Below, piece by piece: positions 29,541 through 40,204 of a stretch of DNA of 61,943 nucleotides. Position numbers and translations under genes: made by a program. Numbering within the stretch: the first letter of the stretch is position 1; the number at the start of each line of letters is the position of its first letter. This DNA comes from an uncultured Nitrososphaeria archaeon (GTDB lineage Archaea > Thermoproteota > Nitrososphaeria > Geothermarchaeales > JDFR-13). The stretch spans positions 1 through 61,943 of the forward strand of contig CAZGXJ010000004.1 of assembly GCA_964529905.1 (NCBI GenBank). The letters are read 5' to 3'. The notes below the pieces were generated by a model. That model had not been told where the DNA came from and searched no databases. It worked only from the letters and a program-made list of their open reading frames with translations.

Positions 29541-30299
29541 CTATGAAATATATCCGAATCCCTTCTCCCTTTTCTTAGTCGCCTCAGATAGGCTTTTCAT
29601 ATATTCCTTATGGAATATATTCGCTCTCTCCTCCAACTCAGATAGATCAATATCTATCTTCAATATCTTAGACATAAGTCTAGCCAAGACTAGTGGGGCT
29701 ACATAGTCATGCCCAGTCTTTAGATATGTCTCCGCTAATAGAGATGCTCCTTTAATCCCATATAGCTTTGCATATCCAATTATCAATCCATTCATACCTG
29801 AGATCATACCTTCACCCATCATCGGTTCTACTCCATAGGCCATCAACTCATTCAAAAATTCTCTAGATGTAGCCACTCCATATACCTTCACATCCGTCTT
29901 ATAATACTCAATTGGGGTTGCTCCAAGGGTAAATATAGCCTCAATATCATAATCCTTTAAGGCCTCCACAGTAAGTTTACTCATTATATGCTGCCACTCC
30001 CCACTTAGTGGCTGGACAGCTCCAGTGAATAGAACTATGTTTCTACCATTTATATTCCCATAGTAAAATGTGAATATCTCCCTAACAATCTCATCCGCCA
30101 CACCATTAACACTTGATATCACTGGTGGATTCAGAAACTCAGATTTAATTGAGCTTATCTTCTCCACATCTAAAACCTTTATGAGATAGTCTACAGCCTG
30201 CTTCCCACTTAGACCCATTCCAGGTAACCCTGCTATAACATAAATATCTTTAACATTGGGGTCTAGATCTAGTTTTATATCTAGCCACATAACCACCAC
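29541..30299 (-). CDS. PAC2 family proteasome assembly chaperone
   Basis: GLPGMGLSGK..VDYL, TLG, G.I.G..GLI...A...GI.G..LL.ET. Confidence 0.9.
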   Translation of the reverse strand: MVVMWLDIKLDLDPNVKDIYVIAGLPGMGLSGKQAVDYLIKVLDVEKISSIKSEFLNPPVISSVNGVADEIVREIFTFYYGNINGRNIVLFTGAVQPLSGEWQHIMSKLTVEALKDYDIEAIFTLGATPIEYYKTDVKVYGVATSREFLNELMAYGVEPMMGEGMISGMNGLIIGYAKLYGIKGASLLAETYLKTGHDYVAPLVLARLMSKILKIDIDLSELEERANIFHKEYMKSLSEATKKREKGFGYIS

Positions 30300-30373
30300 T
30301 CCAATATAATTAGTATTGGAGAGATAAATCTACTTTTACACATTTTATATTTCTAAAGACCATCACCAAATAG

Positions 30374-31915
30374 TTAAAATGCTCCACTTAATAGGTTGGA
30401 TAGGTATTTAGCTGCCCTGAATGCTGGCTCATATATTAGGTTTGGAAAGAGGCCGAATGCTATTAAGAAGATTGTAATTATTAGTAGCGCACTGCCTAGG
30501 AAGGGTGGTATATCTACATCCCTCTTAATATCTTCTGATGGCTGTGAGAGGAATAATCTCTGGAAGAGCCATAGATAGTAGAGTATAGCCAATACACTAT
30601 TGAAGACACCTAGAAAAGCTAATAGCCATTCACCCGCATCTACAGCCGACAATATCAATAACCATTTACTCCAGAAGCCTGGTAATGGAGGTAGGCCTCC
30701 CAGGCTAAATAGGGCTAACATTAATACCATGCTTAGACCTGGATATACCCTTCCAAGACCCTCCAACTTCTTAATACTTCTAGTATGTGTAACATATAAT
30801 ATTCCACCTACTGCTAGGAAAGCTGCCCCCTTCCCCAAGGCATGGGTAAGGATATGGGAGAAGGCAGATGCAAGACCGATGTCTACTGAACCCTTCACAG
30901 CAATACTAAATCCAATAAGTATAAAACCTATATTTACTATACTACTGAAGGCGAGAAGCCTCTTAATATCGTCTTGTAGTAAGGCCATCATATTAGCTAT
31001 TAATAGTGTGGATATAGTTATCACTAGATAAATTGGATAATATATGTTTGAAAGTTCTAGGAAGAAGGGTAGAGCGAACTTTGCAAGACCCAATATACCT
31101 GCCTTTATAACTATACCTGATAATAGGGCGCTTATGGGGCTGGGTGCAGCTGGATGTGCGTCTGGTAACCAGGTCCATAGAGGGAAATACGCAGCCTTAA
31201 CTCCAAAGCCTATTAGGAATAGGCTTGATATTAGAAGTATAGGATAGATTACATTCCCGGGATTCACAGTAGCTAAAAAGCTTAATACTTCATCTAGTGT
31301 CAATACTCCGACCAATCCATAAGTATAGCTTATACCTAGGAGTAGGAGTAGGCTCCCAACTCCGCTTATGACGAGGTATTTAACCGCCGCCTCAACAGGC
31401 TCATCTAAATGGTATCTAAACCCTACTAATACATAGCTACTTATAGCCATTGCCTCCCAGAAGACGAAGAAAGTAAACAAGTCATCTGAGAAGGTTAGAC
31501 CTATTAAGCCGAACATCATAGTACCTATTAATGTATAGTAGCTAGTTAGATTACTATCCTCCTCCATATAATCAATAGATTCTAGATAGGCTGGCAATGC
31601 GAGTAGTGCGAATACTATTATAAAGAATTTTGTGAAGGATGTTATGGATAGCCTAGAACTGCCTATGAAGGGGGATAGTGGTATCGATAAATCTATTGAC
31701 CATACATCTGGCTGGAAGAGATAGAATAGTATGGTTACATATCCTATGAAACCTATTAGGCCTAGATATTTCTCATATCGCCTACCTAGAAGTAGGCCCA
31801 ATAGAGCTGTTATGATAGGTATTAACCCGGAGAATATCAGTATATCATATATTGGATTTATGAATATCATCCATCTATACACCTCCAAATAGGTTAAAGT
31901 ATTCAGACAGACCAC
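30374..31915 (-). CDS. nuoN: Complex I-like antiporter subunit N; likely start ATG 31870
   Basis: FWE.M, EAAVKY, G.GVK, WLPDAHPAAPSPISA.LSG, DDIKRLLAFSS; last gene after L and M. Confidence 0.8.
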   Translation of the reverse strand: MVCLNTLTYLEVYRWMIFINPIYDILIFSGLIPIITALLGLLLGRRYEKYLGLIGFIGYVTILFYLFQPDVWSIDLSIPLSPFIGSSRLSITSFTKFFIIVFALLALPAYLESIDYMEEDSNLTSYYTLIGTMMFGLIGLTFSDDLFTFFVFWEAMAISSYVLVGFRYHLDEPVEAAVKYLVISGVGSLLLLLGISYTYGLVGVLTLDEVLSFLATVNPGNVIYPILLISSLFLIGFGVKAAYFPLWTWLPDAHPAAPSPISALLSGIVIKAGILGLAKFALPFFLELSNIYYPIYLVITISTLLIANMMALLQDDIKRLLAFSSIVNIGFILIGFSIAVKGSVDIGLASAFSHILTHALGKGAAFLAVGGILYVTHTRSIKKLEGLGRVYPGLSMVLMLALFSLGGLPPLPGFWSKWLLILSAVDAGEWLLAFLGVFNSVLAILYYLWLFQRLFLSQPSEDIKRDVDIPPFLGSALLIITIFLIAFGLFPNLIYEPAFRAAKYLSNLLSGAF

Positions 31916-33371
31916 TTAATATAGGGTTTAGGATTGGAGTGGGATATATACCTATCAATATTGCAAGGATTGCTAGTGCAACCATAGGTGCTAACATCGA
32001 TGTAGGGACTTCATGTATCTCCCCGATATTTTCAGGGAGCCTACCGAAGAATATCTTCCTGATAAAAATGGTCATATATGCGGCTGATATAGCGGTTCCG
32101 AGGACAGCGATAACTGTAAACAATATCTTATTTGTAAGTGATATGTTATATACACCGCCAAATATTAGGAATTCACTTATAAAAGCTGCTATACCCGGTA
32201 AACCCGCTATACCCATAGCTCCTACAACTGCTGTAACAGCAGTAATAGGCATTCTAGAAGCTAACCCACCTAACTGGTCAAGATTCCTAATACCTATCAC
32301 ATGTATTAATACACCTGCCACCATGAATAGGAGGGCTTTTAATAGTCCATGGCTATATACATGCATTATACTACCCTCTAAGGAGATAACGTTCGCCGCT
32401 GCTAATCCTAGGAACATATATCCCATCTGACTTATACTACTATATGCAAGTAGCCTCTTAACATCCTTCTGAACAAGAGCCATTAATCCACCATAGAAGA
32501 GGGTTATCAATGCTAGGATCAATAGGAGAGTTATCGATCCTTCAGAAGACCATATGCTGTATGTAAATGGTAGGGTATACCTAATTAAACCATATAACCC
32601 TATCTCTATCATAACACCGCTCAATATAACGCTTATAGGTGTAGGGGCCTCTGCATGGGCCTCAGGTAGCCATCCATGGAGGGGTACTATGGCCATCTTA
32701 ACCCCAAAGCCGAAGAGCATCAGAATCAATAGAAGTCTCTGTATATTTAGGGGTAACTCACCTATAAATGTATATAATATGTTTACATCGAAACTTATTG
32801 AACCATATCTATTTAGAGTATATAGACCTAATATTCCTATGGCAACTATAAGTAGGATACTTCCAAGCTGGGTATATAGGAAATATTTAAATGCAACCCT
32901 CCTACGATCTCCATATCCCCACTCAGCTATCATGAAGTAGCTGGGGATTAGCATAGCCTCCCAGAAGAAGAAGAATTGGAGTAGGTTATAGCTTGCAACT
33001 GCACCTATCATAGCCGCTGTATATAACATGTATGCTAGGAAGTATACCTTCACATTCTCAGCATGATCCATATATCCTACACTATATATGGCAGAAAATA
33101 GCGTTACAATGAGTATTATTGATATAAAGGCATAGGCTATTCCATCAATCCTAAATAATAGGTTTAGAGTTATTAGTCCTGGGACATTTGCCCATGTCAA
33201 GCTCTCAATATAGTTTCCACCTGATGCTAAATACATCTGGTTTAACAATATGTATACTATGAATATCGTTCCCGCGGATACATATCCAGCTTTACTCCCA
33301 TATCTTGCTCCGATTACATATGATAGGAAGCCCCCTATTATTAAGGTATATAGGGATAGTAGGATTATCAC
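31875..33371 (-). CDS. nuoM: Complex I-like antiporter subunit M
   Basis: FFFWE..LIP.Y, F.VK....PLHGWLPEAHAEAPTP.S, KRL.AYSSISQMG, F.SEF. Confidence 0.9.
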   Translation of the reverse strand: MIILLSLYTLIIGGFLSYVIGARYGSKAGYVSAGTIFIVYILLNQMYLASGGNYIESLTWANVPGLITLNLLFRIDGIAYAFISIILIVTLFSAIYSVGYMDHAENVKVYFLAYMLYTAAMIGAVASYNLLQFFFFWEAMLIPSYFMIAEWGYGDRRRVAFKYFLYTQLGSILLIVAIGILGLYTLNRYGSISFDVNILYTFIGELPLNIQRLLLILMLFGFGVKMAIVPLHGWLPEAHAEAPTPISVILSGVMIEIGLYGLIRYTLPFTYSIWSSEGSITLLLILALITLFYGGLMALVQKDVKRLLAYSSISQMGYMFLGLAAANVISLEGSIMHVYSHGLLKALLFMVAGVLIHVIGIRNLDQLGGLASRMPITAVTAVVGAMGIAGLPGIAAFISEFLIFGGVYNISLTNKILFTVIAVLGTAISAAYMTIFIRKIFFGRLPENIGEIHEVPTSMLAPMVALAILAILIGIYPTPILNPILSGLSEYFNLFGGV

Positions 33372-33372
33372 T

Positions 33373-35436
33373 TTAGACCACCACCATATAGGTAAGAGTA
33401 AGTATTATGAAGGTTAGTAGTAAGTATGACATGTTAACCCTAAGCAACCCAGTCTGAATCCTCCTCACAATATCGGTTAATTCACTATAGATAAATTTAA
33501 TGGCTTCTCCACCTCCATTAGACTCAATATATGTAAAGATTTTCTCTGATACAGTTCTGACACCGTCTACAAAGACTAGATAATATAGTGAATTTATGTA
33601 CCATCTATTATATAGGAAGTTCCATATAGGCTTTAGATATCCCTTAACAAGCTCCTCTGGTTCATATCTCCCTACTATATAGGTATAATATGAAGGCATT
33701 AATCCCAATACGACTGCTCCAATAGCTACCAAGAATAATGGGCTTGCTAATGTCCCTATTAGGAATTTGGATATATTTAATAGAGATATCTCCTCCAATA
33801 TATTAACCTCTATATTGAGGCTGTGGAATAGGGGTTTAAAGAATCCACCTAGATATGGTAGTAAGAAGCCTGAAACAATAGAGCCAATAGCCAGTATAAA
33901 TAATGGTGCCTTCATTAGGATGCCTGGGTCATGAGGTGGATGCCCATGTTCGACTAGATGCCTAACGTTTTCACTCTCCTCTCCATAGAATGCTAAGCCG
34001 ATCATTCTAAATGTATAGAATGTAGTCAGGACAGCTGATATCAGCAAGACTATATATGCTATATAATGCCCCTCTACATATGCAGCATGGAGGATAGCAT
34101 CCTTACTCCAGAACCCATTAAACGGTGGAACACCAGCCAAGGATAAGCCTCCAATAGTCATGAGGGTGAATGTCGTGGGCATGTATCTTCTTAAACCGCC
34201 CATATCCCTAAATAGATAGCTATCCACCGCATGCCCTATTGCACCTGCACTTAGGAATAGTAATGCCTTGAAGATCGCATGGCTACTTAGGTGGAATATA
34301 CCTGTTAGATATGAATCTATAAAGGCCTCAGGATGTTCAATCATCAACCCTGCAAGTCCAAAGGCTGCAAACATGTATCCCAACTGACTTACAGTTGAGT
34401 ATGCCAAAACCTTTTTAATCTGGTCTGAGACCATACCTTGTGAAGCAGCTAAAAATGCTGTAAATATACCTATAGATAATACGGCTAAATAGAATGTTTC
34501 TAGGTCACCCCAGATATTTATGCCTAGCTCCTCTAAGGACCAATATACGTTGTAGAGTATGGTTGTAAACCTACCTAGGAAATATACTCCAGCCTTAACC
34601 ATCGTAGCTGCATGTATCAATGCACTAACAGTTGTAGGCCCGGCCATAGCCTCTGGAAGCCATTCATGTAGTGGAAACTGGGCGGATTTACCTATGGGAC
34701 CTAGTAAGGCTAGGAGAAGTGTTATAGATAGGAAACCCATCCTAGATAACTGGTAAGCCCAATCTGGGTTACTCGATAGATCCATGAAATTAGTGGTTCC
34801 AGCTGTTAGAAGTATTATAATGGTTGCGGTTAGAAGCCCTACATCACCTATCCTCGTAGTTATAAAGGCTTTCATACCCGCATGTGTAGGTGGATATGGA
34901 CCTATCCAATACTTCTCCTCATCCTTATAATAATATCCAATCAATGCATAGCTGGCGAATCCTACACCCTCCCATCCGAAAAACATGGTAACCAAACTAT
35001 CTCCAAGTACAAGGAGTTGCATAGAGCCAATAAATATATTCATAAGGACCCAATATCTAACTATCGATTCATCACCATGCATATACTCAATCGAATATAT
35101 CAGTATTAGACTGCCTATAAGGGAGACTACGTTAGCCATAAATATGCTTAGAGGGTCTAGGAGAAGACCAAATGTAACGTTTAAACCATCTACTGGAAAC
35201 CACCTAGTCAATATTAGATCATAGGGGATATCTTTCTCGACCCCACCTATACTTAGTATACCGTCCATAGCATCTAGACCTATTGTTAATGAAGCTCCAG
35301 CAGATATTAGACCTCCTAAAACAGCTATAAAATCCCTAAATCTATGGCTAATTCTATCAGCTAAGGGTATAATGAAAATGATTATAAATGGGGATAGCCA
35401 GATCAGATTAGCCAGGATATTTAACATATTTACCAC
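33373..35436 (-). CDS. nuoL: Complex I-like antiporter subunit L
   Basis: WEGVG..SY.LI, GKSAQFPLH.WLP.AMAGPT.VSALIHAATMV.AG, FWSKD.I. Confidence 0.93.
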   Translation of the reverse strand: MVNMLNILANLIWLSPFIIIFIIPLADRISHRFRDFIAVLGGLISAGASLTIGLDAMDGILSIGGVEKDIPYDLILTRWFPVDGLNVTFGLLLDPLSIFMANVVSLIGSLILIYSIEYMHGDESIVRYWVLMNIFIGSMQLLVLGDSLVTMFFGWEGVGFASYALIGYYYKDEEKYWIGPYPPTHAGMKAFITTRIGDVGLLTATIIILLTAGTTNFMDLSSNPDWAYQLSRMGFLSITLLLALLGPIGKSAQFPLHEWLPEAMAGPTTVSALIHAATMVKAGVYFLGRFTTILYNVYWSLEELGINIWGDLETFYLAVLSIGIFTAFLAASQGMVSDQIKKVLAYSTVSQLGYMFAAFGLAGLMIEHPEAFIDSYLTGIFHLSSHAIFKALLFLSAGAIGHAVDSYLFRDMGGLRRYMPTTFTLMTIGGLSLAGVPPFNGFWSKDAILHAAYVEGHYIAYIVLLISAVLTTFYTFRMIGLAFYGEESENVRHLVEHGHPPHDPGILMKAPLFILAIGSIVSGFLLPYLGGFFKPLFHSLNIEVNILEEISLLNISKFLIGTLASPLFLVAIGAVVLGLMPSYYTYIVGRYEPEELVKGYLKPIWNFLYNRWYINSLYYLVFVDGVRTVSEKIFTYIESNGGGEAIKFIYSELTDIVRRIQTGLLRVNMSYLLLTFIILTLTYMVVV

Positions 35437-35741
35437 CTTAACCTACGGAGCTCATCGACATTTAAGGTATTATACTTCCTAAAAACTATAAGGGTTAGGG
35501 CTAGTCCCACCCCAACCAATACGCCATCTAAGACGATGGATGTTATAACTATTGCATTTGTCAATGCATCCGTCAACCCCCCAGTCTTTATATAGGATAG
35601 ACCTATAAAGTTTAGATTAACACCAGTAGCCAATATCTCAATACCTATAAAGATCTTCATCAAGTTCTTCTTAGTGGATGCCATATATATACCTATACCT
35701 ACTAGAAGTAGGGATGTTGCCATTAAGGAATATTCGATCAC
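35430..35741 (-). CDS. nuoK: Complex I-like subunit K
   Basis: Three TM; GIE, VGL, LRW C-terminus. Confidence 0.88.
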   Translation of the reverse strand: MIEYSLMATSLLLVGIGIYMASTKKNLMKIFIGIEILATGVNLNFIGLSYIKTGGLTDALTNAIVITSIVLDGVLVGVGLALTLIVFRKYNTLNVDELRRLRW

Positions 35742-36004
35742 TCCCTCTCACCTCTCAACACATATATTAAGACACCCAATAAACCAGCTAACACGACTAT
35801 ACCCTGTACAACGGTATCTATCACTCTAGATCTCCAGAGGAAATACGAGGTAAGATTTAAACCCTGGTCGGGTGTATTAACGTTACCCAAAAAAGTCTTA
35901 AATATTTCAGGGGAGATCTCGACTAGCCATACAATCAGGAGGATGACGGCTATTAAACCTATAATCCTATATATAGTTTCAGTAAGTGGCATCCCTTGGA
36001 ACAC
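35738..36004 (-). CDS. Complex I-like subunit J, C-terminal half (split gene)
   Basis: FLW..R..D..V..IV.LAG..G resembles the NuoJ C-terminal helix; position between J and K. Confidence 0.7.
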   Translation of the reverse strand: MFQGMPLTETIYRIIGLIAVILLIVWLVEISPEIFKTFLGNVNTPDQGLNLTSYFLWRSRVIDTVVQGIVVLAGLLGVLIYVLRGERE

Positions 36005-36242
36005 CTCCCCTAGTCATTATGAATACGAATATGAACATTATTATAACAGCTCCAGAGAATACCGCTATCTGGACTATTCCAGGGAAGACCGCTCCCAACA
36101 TGAAGAATATCAAAGCTGCTAATACGCTTATGATCAACAAGCTTAGGATCGCGTAAGCCAAATTTCTAGTCTCCGATGCATATATAGATAATAAAACCAT
36201 TAAGATCTGGATAGATAATATCGTTATCTCGAAGGGGGTCAT
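35979..36242 (-). CDS. nuoJ: Complex I-like subunit J, N-terminal half
   Basis: Three TM with LGA.F.GIVQI.V..GA. Confidence 0.8.
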   Translation of the reverse strand: MTPFEITILSIQILMVLLSIYASETRNLAYAILSLLIISVLAALIFFMLGAVFPGIVQIAVFSGAVIIMFIFVFIMTRGGVPRDATY

Positions 36243-36715
36243 TCCAACCTCCTCTTAATATACTTCATACCTTCCTTAGTAGTAACTGGCTTCAATACAT
36301 ATTTAAGCTGTGGCAACAACTCCTTAATATTTTCTGGTTTAGTCATCCTCTCAGGATAATATGTCAAATCTCTATATTCACTACTACTCAACTCAACTAC
36401 ATCTTGCATATATAGGGCATCCCTAGGACATATCTCAACACACAGACCACAGAAGCTACATTTAAGGAAATCTATAGCTGGGTAGGTAAGCTTCTTCCCT
36501 TCCACAGGCTTCATCATAATAGCTTCATCTGGACATATATATCCACATGCCCCACAGCCGATACATTCCTCCATCCTCAGGACTATCCTACCCCTAGTCC
36601 TCTCATATCCTTCCAACCGTTCGTAGGGATACTTATGTGTAACAGGTTTATAAGCTACATGTTTCAATACAGTCGCGAACGGGACAATAATTCTACTTAT
36701 AAAGTTTCTCTTCAC
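36239..36715 (-). CDS. nuoI: Complex I-like subunit I (2x[4Fe-4S])
   Basis: T..YP.E, RGR, CIGCGACGYICP, CSFCGLCVEICP. Confidence 0.93.
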   Translation of the reverse strand: MKRNFISRIIVPFATVLKHVAYKPVTHKYPYERLEGYERTRGRIVLRMEECIGCGACGYICPDEAIMMKPVEGKKLTYPAIDFLKCSFCGLCVEICPRDALYMQDVVELSSSEYRDLTYYPERMTKPENIKELLPQLKYVLKPVTTKEGMKYIKRRLE

Positions 36716-36718
36716 CCT

Positions 36719-37738
36719 CTACACCCCCAACACATATTTAATTATTAATGTTATGATGATGTTTAATATGGAGAGCGGGATTAAATAATACCATCCAAGC
36801 CTAATGGCTTGGTCTATCCTAAGTCTAGCATATGAGATTACAACTGTAAAAGTTATAGTTAATACAATTAATAATTTTAATAGCATCCAGAAGGCCCCAT
36901 TTAAGACAGGGTCCTGGAAAATTGTTGGGCCATTATATCCACCAAGATATAGAGTAATCATTAGGAGTGCCCATGCCAAGACGTTTATGTAGTCACCCAG
37001 CATAGTATCCAGGAATAGTGCACCTGTATATTCCGTCCTATAGCCGAATACAAGCTCCGTCTCAGCTTCTGGTATATCCATTGGGGCCTTCTCGATCATG
37101 GCGAAATAACTTATGAAGAAGACTATAAATCCTATAAATTGGGGAATTATATTCCACATCATGGCCTGCTTCTCCACTATAGTCTGGAGATCATATGATT
37201 CGGCCCATATAATAACTCCTAAAACCGATAGGAACATCGGTATCTCTCCAGCTACATCTAAATAAATCGTCCTAAAGGCACCAACAAGAGTAAATTTATT
37301 GTTTGATGCCCAACCCATCAAGATAATGAATATTGGATATAGACTCATAATACCTATAAATAGTATCGCTGAATAGCCCCTAACATCGAATATCGCATAT
37401 CCAGGGGCGAAAGGTATAAGAGCTATCGCTGCAGCGGGGATGACTGGTAGGGTAATCGCTGATAATAGGAATAGCTTCTTATAGGCATATTTAGGAAGTA
37501 TAATTTCCTTAGTTAGTAGTTTAAAGGCATCGGCTATTAACTGTAGCCAACCTAAAACCCTTCCAGCATGTACAGGCCCCATCCTCATCATGAGCCTAGC
37601 TAGATACTTCCTCTGATACCATACAGCGAATATGGTGAATAGAAATAGGAAGGTTAGACCTGGGAAGAAGGTTATCTTAAATAGGGTTGGGAAATTCTCA
37701 TTTATAAATTGGAATATCTGATCCAACATGGCAATCAC
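36719..37738 (-). CDS. nuoH: Complex I-like subunit H
   Basis: R.GP...G...G.LQ.IADA.KLL.KE, P.D.PEAE.ELV.G...EY.G. Confidence 0.94.
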   Translation of the reverse strand: MIAMLDQIFQFINENFPTLFKITFFPGLTFLFLFTIFAVWYQRKYLARLMMRMGPVHAGRVLGWLQLIADAFKLLTKEIILPKYAYKKLFLLSAITLPVIPAAAIALIPFAPGYAIFDVRGYSAILFIGIMSLYPIFIILMGWASNNKFTLVGAFRTIYLDVAGEIPMFLSVLGVIIWAESYDLQTIVEKQAMMWNIIPQFIGFIVFFISYFAMIEKAPMDIPEAETELVFGYRTEYTGALFLDTMLGDYINVLAWALLMITLYLGGYNGPTIFQDPVLNGAFWMLLKLLIVLTITFTVVISYARLRIDQAIRLGWYYLIPLSILNIIITLIIKYVLGV

Positions 37739-38883
37739 CTATCCGCATCTAGAAACCATGGATCGAAGCTATATATAAGGGGTGGAACATCCGCCAATCT
37801 GATCTCCTGAATCTTGGGCAGCTGCTCAATTACGTAAAAGTTCCTAAAGCTTGCTGGACTTATCTTCACCCTATATGGCTTATCCCTACCCTCAGTATAG
37901 ATGTAGAAGTTTATCTCACCCCTACCAGTCTCAGCCCTGGCTAATGTCTCCTGTTTAACGGGCCTAGGTGGGAGAGCCTTCTTAACAGGCCCATCTGGGA
38001 TATTCTCTATAGCTTGTCTAATGATATCCACGCTAACCTTCATCTCCTCAAACCTTACCCAACCCCTAGCATATGAGTCTCCTGCCGTATGGGTGACGAT
38101 CTTAAAATCTAATTCAGGATAGGCTGAATAAGGCTCATTTTTACGGGTATCATATGGGACGCCAGAGGCTCTAAGGCTGGGGCCCGCTGCTCCCCACTCA
38201 ATAGCCTTATCCCTAGGAAGTACACCTACACCCTCTGTCCTCATCCTAAAAGTCTCATTATATATCCATGCATCTTCATATACCTGGAACCTCTTCTCGA
38301 GATAATCCATTGTATTTAGGATCCTCTCCTTAATCCCATTAGGTAGATCAGCCCTAACACCACCAGGTATAAAGAAGGAGTGGCTCCACCTAGCCCCCGT
38401 AATCATCTCTAATAGGTCAAGTATAGGCTCACGATCAGCTGTAGTCCATATAAATACAGCAGGGTTCCACCCTGCAGACTCGGCGAAAAGACCTAATGCA
38501 TATAGATGGCTCGATATCCTATTCAACTCATTAATAATAGTCCTAATATATTTAGCCCTTGGAGGGGGTTCAACACCATATAGATCCTCTACAGCCCTAA
38601 CAAACCCCATCAAGATATTTGAGGTGTCTAACATAACCATTCTCTCCAATGGGACTACGGCCTGTATATAGTTTTTAAACTCCAATATCTTCTCTATACC
38701 TCTATGGCTATATCCAATATCAACCTCGATATCATATACAATCTCTCCATCCGTTAATATTAGGAACCTGCCTTGACCACTTATTGGATGTTGGGGACCA
38801 ATATTTAATCTAAATAATCCCTCCCTAACAACCTCTATATCTTGGAATGGATCAGATAAATATCTATGCATGTCATAACTCAC
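37735..38883 (-). CDS. nuoD: Complex I-like subunit D (no NiFe-binding CxxC motifs)
   Basis: NIGPQHP, GY.HRG.EK, EL.RI.SHL, TG.R, GG V..D, E..RGE, C-terminal DP...D.DR. Confidence 0.9.
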   Translation of the reverse strand: MSYDMHRYLSDPFQDIEVVREGLFRLNIGPQHPISGQGRFLILTDGEIVYDIEVDIGYSHRGIEKILEFKNYIQAVVPLERMVMLDTSNILMGFVRAVEDLYGVEPPPRAKYIRTIINELNRISSHLYALGLFAESAGWNPAVFIWTTADREPILDLLEMITGARWSHSFFIPGGVRADLPNGIKERILNTMDYLEKRFQVYEDAWIYNETFRMRTEGVGVLPRDKAIEWGAAGPSLRASGVPYDTRKNEPYSAYPELDFKIVTHTAGDSYARGWVRFEEMKVSVDIIRQAIENIPDGPVKKALPPRPVKQETLARAETGRGEINFYIYTEGRDKPYRVKISPASFRNFYVIEQLPKIQEIRLADVPPLIYSFDPWFLDADR

Positions 38884-39362
38884 TTCTCATCACCCCATGG
38901 AACCTTATATCTAGCTGGGTTGAAGTCCTTCCTAAGGGGGTAACCCTCCTTCTCAAAATCCCAGTCATCTGGTAGTAGTAGGAGTTTAAGCCTAGGATGT
39001 CCCTCGATCTTAACTCCTAGTAGCTCCCACGTCTCCCTCTCATAGTTATGTACCGATGGCCATATATCTATAAAGGTCTTGAAGCTAGGATCCTCCCTAG
39101 ATATATCAAATTTCATAAATGCAACGAAATCATGTTTAGACGACCACACACCATAAAATATCTCTATTACATTCTTCTTAGGGAAATCTGTTCCACCCAT
39201 AGTAATAGCCATATCGAAGCCAAGATCCTTTAAAAATTTAGCTACTTCATGGGCTACATCATATTTAACCTTGAAGTATAGCCTCTTATCTTCAGGCTTG
39301 GCCGATATGATGTTTTCGCCGAATCTCTCCTTAAGCCTATTTAGAAGCTCCGTTGGATTCAT
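38880..39362 (-). CDS. nuoC: Complex I-like subunit C
   Basis: ERE.WELLGV...GHP.LK.LLLP.DW....YPLRKDF. Confidence 0.92.
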   Translation of the reverse strand: MNPTELLNRLKERFGENIISAKPEDKRLYFKVKYDVAHEVAKFLKDLGFDMAITMGGTDFPKKNVIEIFYGVWSSKHDFVAFMKFDISREDPSFKTFIDIWPSVHNYERETWELLGVKIEGHPRLKLLLLPDDWDFEKEGYPLRKDFNPARYKVPWGDEK

Positions 39363-39834
39363 CTCCTCCTACCTCACGTAAAACCTTCTCCCTAAGCTTC
39401 AGTATTCCATAGTGTATCGACTCTGGCTTAGGTGGACACCCAGCTGAGAACATATCAACCTTCATATAGTCCTTAACCCTAACTAAGCTATAACTCTCGG
39501 GGAAAGGCCCCTTACTAGATGCACATGCACCAACAACATATACCCATTTAGGTTCAGGCATCTGTTCATATAGCCTTAAAGCCCTAATCATCATCTTCCT
39601 AGCCACATTGCCTACAAATATCATCACGTCGCTCTGCCTAGTAGAAGCCATTGGGAGGACACCCCACCTCTCTAAATCGTATCTAGGCCCGAATAACTGC
39701 ATATACTCTGGGCTACAGCATCCAGTGACTAGGTGTACAGGCCATAGACTGAAGGATCTTCCCCAGTTAAATATCTTTTTAATCGTCTTAGGGAACCTTT
39801 CGAGTAGACCCCTCTTATACTCAACCTCACTCAT
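39337..39834 (-). CDS. nuoB: Complex I-like subunit B (N2 cluster)
   Basis: TGCC..E, RYD.ER.G, RQ.D, QMPEPK.V...GACA, GCPP.PE. Confidence 0.93.
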   Translation of the reverse strand: MSEVEYKRGLLERFPKTIKKIFNWGRSFSLWPVHLVTGCCSPEYMQLFGPRYDLERWGVLPMASTRQSDVMIFVGNVARKMMIRALRLYEQMPEPKWVYVVGACASSKGPFPESYSLVRVKDYMKVDMFSAGCPPKPESIHYGILKLREKVLREVGGDESNGASK

Positions 39835-40202
39835 CCCTTAAACACCTCCAATATCTTAGATAGGTAAAACCATAGGGCGGTCAAGATTGTAACTAAATAA
39901 ATAAGTAGATATATAATTCCAATACCTCCAATAACACTTAATGCAAATGAACTACTTATAAGAATCCAGACGAAAGCGTCTAAAACGAAGAAGGCCATTG
40001 CATATGCAAAATATCTTATAGATCCGAATAGGCCTACCTCATTGGGGATTACATCCATCTTCTGTCCAGCCTCGAAAACATCATATTTATATGGCTCCCT
40101 CTTCCTACTAGCCAGTATCCATGCAATAACTATTGTAGCTGCAGATGATACGAAGAATAAGATAATGTATATCCAGAAAGCTTCATATGGTGATAGAGGC
40201 AT
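39831..40202 (-). CDS. nuoA: Complex I-like subunit A
   Basis: Three TM; K...FEAG, Y...A..F.V.D. Confidence 0.85.
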   Translation of the reverse strand: MPLSPYEAFWIYIILFFVSSAATIVIAWILASRKREPYKYDVFEAGQKMDVIPNEVGLFGSIRYFAYAMAFFVLDAFVWILISSSFALSVIGGIGIIYLLIYLVTILTALWFYLSKILEVFKG

Positions 40203-40204
40203 CT

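Noticed and set aside
37735-39834. Group 4 [NiFe]-hydrogenase interpretation of the membrane complex
   Set aside because: The large subunit lacks both RxCxxC and DPCxxC nickel-binding motifs.
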